Below are positions 61,463 to 64,000 of a stretch of DNA of 64,000 nucleotides, piece by piece. The stretch's first letter is position 1. Each line of letters starts with the position of its first letter. This stretch comes from an uncultured delta proteobacterium. GTDB lineage: Bacteria; Desulfobacterota; Desulfobacteria; Desulfobacterales; JAHEIW01. The position numbers and the translations under genes were made by a program. The notes beneath the pieces were generated by a model. That model was not told where the DNA came from. It searched no databases and worked only from the letters and a program-made list of their open reading frames with translations. The DNA is taken from the NCBI GenBank assembly GCA_963706575.1, contig CAVPNL010000003.1, positions 224,001 through 288,000 on the forward strand. The letters run 5' to 3'.

Positions 61463-62609
61463 TCAACTAAAATTAAAAGTAAGCTTCAGAGAAACTTCCT
61501 TTAGAGAACCTTCTTCTAACGAAACCTCAAAACTGTCATCATCGTAAAGAGTGGGACGGTTGAGTTTGTGAACTAATTTGTTTTTTTCAAGAAAGGATAT
61601 AATAATTTTTATAACGATCTTTGTAAGTTTTTTTGAAGTTGGAGAAATCAACTTCGTCAAATATCTGCCCAATTGACTTTTTTTGTATATCCTCAATTGA
61701 AACTGTCGGGATATTGTAAAAATCAGCTATTTCCATCATTCGCAAATCGCGCGGCACAAGTACTGCCGGAACTCCCTGGATTAGTGCAGCAATGCATCCA
61801 TGCAGTCGCGCGCCAATCACAAAGTCATGTGCTCCTATAATGTCAAACCACAATTTGTACCGGTTCGGGAAAATTCCGTTTCTATTAATTGTCGTCAAAA
61901 CAGTTTTGTAATCGTAAAATTGTAGATACTGAGACATCTCCTGCTTGTGCAGCAAATCATCATTGTTGCGATTATTGGTAAATATAACCTCATCCAAAAA
62001 ATCCTGACCGAGAATTGTTGCCGATTTCATAGCCTCAAGAGCATATGCGGACATTGTCCGGTGATAGGCAATCAGTGGTTTAGTCATCGACTTATTTTTG
62101 TGTATGTGAATATTGTCCTTGAGTTGCCATTGTAATGAAGGACATCCGACGGGGATAATATTGTCAAAACCATGTTTTTGCAGTATTGATGCGGTGTGCG
62201 GACCCCGTACGCCTATTGCTTCTGAACGTTCTGAAACAAGATGTAGCAATCTGATTACTGAAGGATGCAATTCCACGATATCATTTGCTGCTGCAATATA
62301 ATCCTCCATACCGAGGGACAGGGCTATTGTTTTCATGTCCAGTTTTTCAACAACATCTGCTAGATAGGAAATATCCCGTTTTCTGTGGATGTGCGTTGAA
62401 AGCGCAAGCACGCACACATCGTATTTATTTCGCAAGGAAGATATGTCAGAAAAATCATCAATGTAGTCCGCATCAAACTGACGCAACAATGCTTGGCAAA
62501 TAAAAGATGCACCATGATTGCTTGCGTAATACGTATTATTTGACTTCCATTTTTCGAATGAGCCCGGATAGTTGTATTCAGGGCTTAGCCCAATAATCAT
62601 TGTTTTCAT
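61463..62609 (-). CDS. polysaccharide pyruvyl transferase-family protein, +1 frameshift near 61600
   Basis: IGVRGPHT; GCPS; GARLHGCIAALIQGVPA; DLRMMEIADF. Confidence 0.75.
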
Positions 62610-62622
62610 GGTCGGAATTCCT

Positions 62623-63318
62623 CTAATTTAATTCATAGATATTAAGCAGTTCTTTTATTCTTTCCTTTGAATTAAACATCATAACATCAATGATGGAAAG
62701 GTTAGGTATAAACGGATCTTTAAATTGACTGTACGTAATGTCAGATATGCGATGGAATGATAATTCGATGCCTGACTTTGCGAATGAGCTTTTATCATAC
62801 AAGGTTTGCCCGCCAATCGGGTTTATGTACTCATCTGCATTAAGAGCAGTGCACAAGGCGATGACTTTTTCCTGTGCTTTGAGCGAATGGTTAATGCTTA
62901 TCGAAGAAGAAATAATAAATTTAGTTTGTATTTCAAGATAGGCACACAGACTTTTAGTAACGCTTAAAAGGTAGTCAAAAAGGTGATGATTTACCGGCGG
63001 GATGATGTCCTTTAGTAATTGGAAGGTATCATTGAAGTATGGAGAACGTTCATACGCGCCTTTAATGACTCGCAATATTTTTTTATAATCATATGTTTCT
63101 GCTATTTCCAAATCACACACGTGAGAATAATCAGACGCTTTCTTTAACGGAACAACAATATAGCGGTCGCGGTCAAAATTTAAAATTCTGTTGCGGCGTA
63201 TCCAGCCGGTTTTTGTGAATTCGATGTTGTCATATATGACAAATGTATCGACACAGTTAATAAGCTGAAAATAACCCAAGTATGGGAAGAAATATGGCTG
63301 CATAATTGCCAGTTTCAC
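62623..63318 (-). CDS. WbqC-family protein
   Basis: MKLAIMQPYFFPYLGYFQLI; WIRRNRIL; YINPIGG; NLSIIDVMMFN. Confidence 0.9.
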   Translation of the reverse strand: MKLAIMQPYFFPYLGYFQLINCVDTFVIYDNIEFTKTGWIRRNRILNFDRDRYIVVPLKKASDYSHVCDLEIAETYDYKKILRVIKGAYERSPYFNDTFQLLKDIIPPVNHHLFDYLLSVTKSLCAYLEIQTKFIISSSISINHSLKAQEKVIALCTALNADEYINPIGGQTLYDKSSFAKSGIELSFHRISDITYSQFKDPFIPNLSIIDVMMFNSKERIKELLNIYELN

Positions 63319-63406
63319 ACCGAATACCTTTGATGTATGTTGTTATTTACTGTCAAGAGATGGTGTTTCATAGTAATTGCATAAGAGGTATAAGTCGCCG
63401 GCTATT

Positions 63407-64000
63407 TTAATGTGAAAAACAAGCTGAACGTATATTGAAATCCCACGTATTTCTTTTGGCGTGTAATGCTATGACGTCGCTGATTTTATGGATATCTTCT
63501 TCCCTCAGGGAACCATAGAGCGGTAGTGTTAAAATTGATTTTGATATCTTTTCCGCAACAGGCAGGTTTTCCGGAGCGGAGGATGGATAGTTGCTGTAGC
63601 ATTGAAATTGGCTGCACAGCGGATAAAAATATCTGCGGGTGAAGATATTGTATTTTTTCAGTTCATTGTAGAGCTCATCTCGACTGATACCAAACTTGTT
63701 TTGGTCGACAGTAGTAACAAAATTGTAATAGTTGTGTTTGACTTTCGGCATCTCGGTTCTGAAGTTAATTCCAGGAATTTCACTTAGCCTATCACGATAG
63801 ATCATTGTTAGATGTTTTCGTTTCTCGATTTCTTCTCCAACTAAATCAAGCATTAATAAACCGATAGCTGCCTGAAATTCATTCATCTTGGCATTAATTC
63901 CTGGAACAACAATATTTTCTTCATTCTTAAAGCCAAAATTTTTTGCAAACTCGAGACGTTCCCTGAGGCTTTCGTCCTTAAAAGTTAAAGCACCGCCCTC
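63407..64000 (-). CDS. DegT/DnrJ/EryC1 sugar aminotransferase (VioA-like), 5' end outside the window
   Basis: The frame is open to the window edge: EGGAL...NFGF...GINAKMNEFQAAIGL...RRYFYPL...LTLPLY. Confidence 0.88.
   Translation of the reverse strand, partial: EGGALTFKDESLRERLEFAKNFGFKNEENIVVPGINAKMNEFQAAIGLLMLDLVGEEIEKRKHLTMIYRDRLSEIPGINFRTEMPKVKHNYYNFVTTVDQNKFGISRDELYNELKKYNIFTRRYFYPLCSQFQCYSNYPSSAPENLPVAEKISKSILTLPLYGSLREEDIHKISDVIALHAKRNTWDFNIRSACFSH

Noticed and set aside
1..64000. CRISPR arrays, tRNA/rRNA genes, transposases, prophage or defence genes
   Set aside because: No repeat-spacer arrays, RNA gene signatures or such ORFs were recognised by eye.

Overview
The window holds a near-complete flagellar supercluster, mostly on the minus strand, followed by a probable flagellin-glycosylation island. 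Gene order (fliA-orf-orf-flgFGAHIJ-flgN...flgKL, a FleSR-like pair, flhAFG) suggests a Desulfobacterota (Deltaproteobacteria) genome; this taxonomy is inferred, not tested. Unusual elements: (1) a candidate ~85-nt sigma54-dependent sRNA with an anti-Shine-Dalgarno loop; (2) an Alphaproteobacteria-type flagellin with flbT and flaF, driven by tandem sigma28 promoters, with an empty flgM slot and no csrA, fliW, fliD or fliS in the window; (3) one motA with two tandem motB genes, one lacking the essential ion-binding Asp; (4) a cheD-HDOD-HDOD cassette between flgN and flgK, with four HDOD genes in total; (5) FlhF fused to an Ada-type Zn-binding domain; (6) a ~2,640-aa sulfotransferase/TPR/multi-glycosyltransferase gene; (7) a family of structured MITE-like elements. 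About 14 frameshifts can each be repaired by removing one base, so they are probably long-read assembly errors rather than true pseudogenes. All calls come from reading motifs by eye; no database searches were run.
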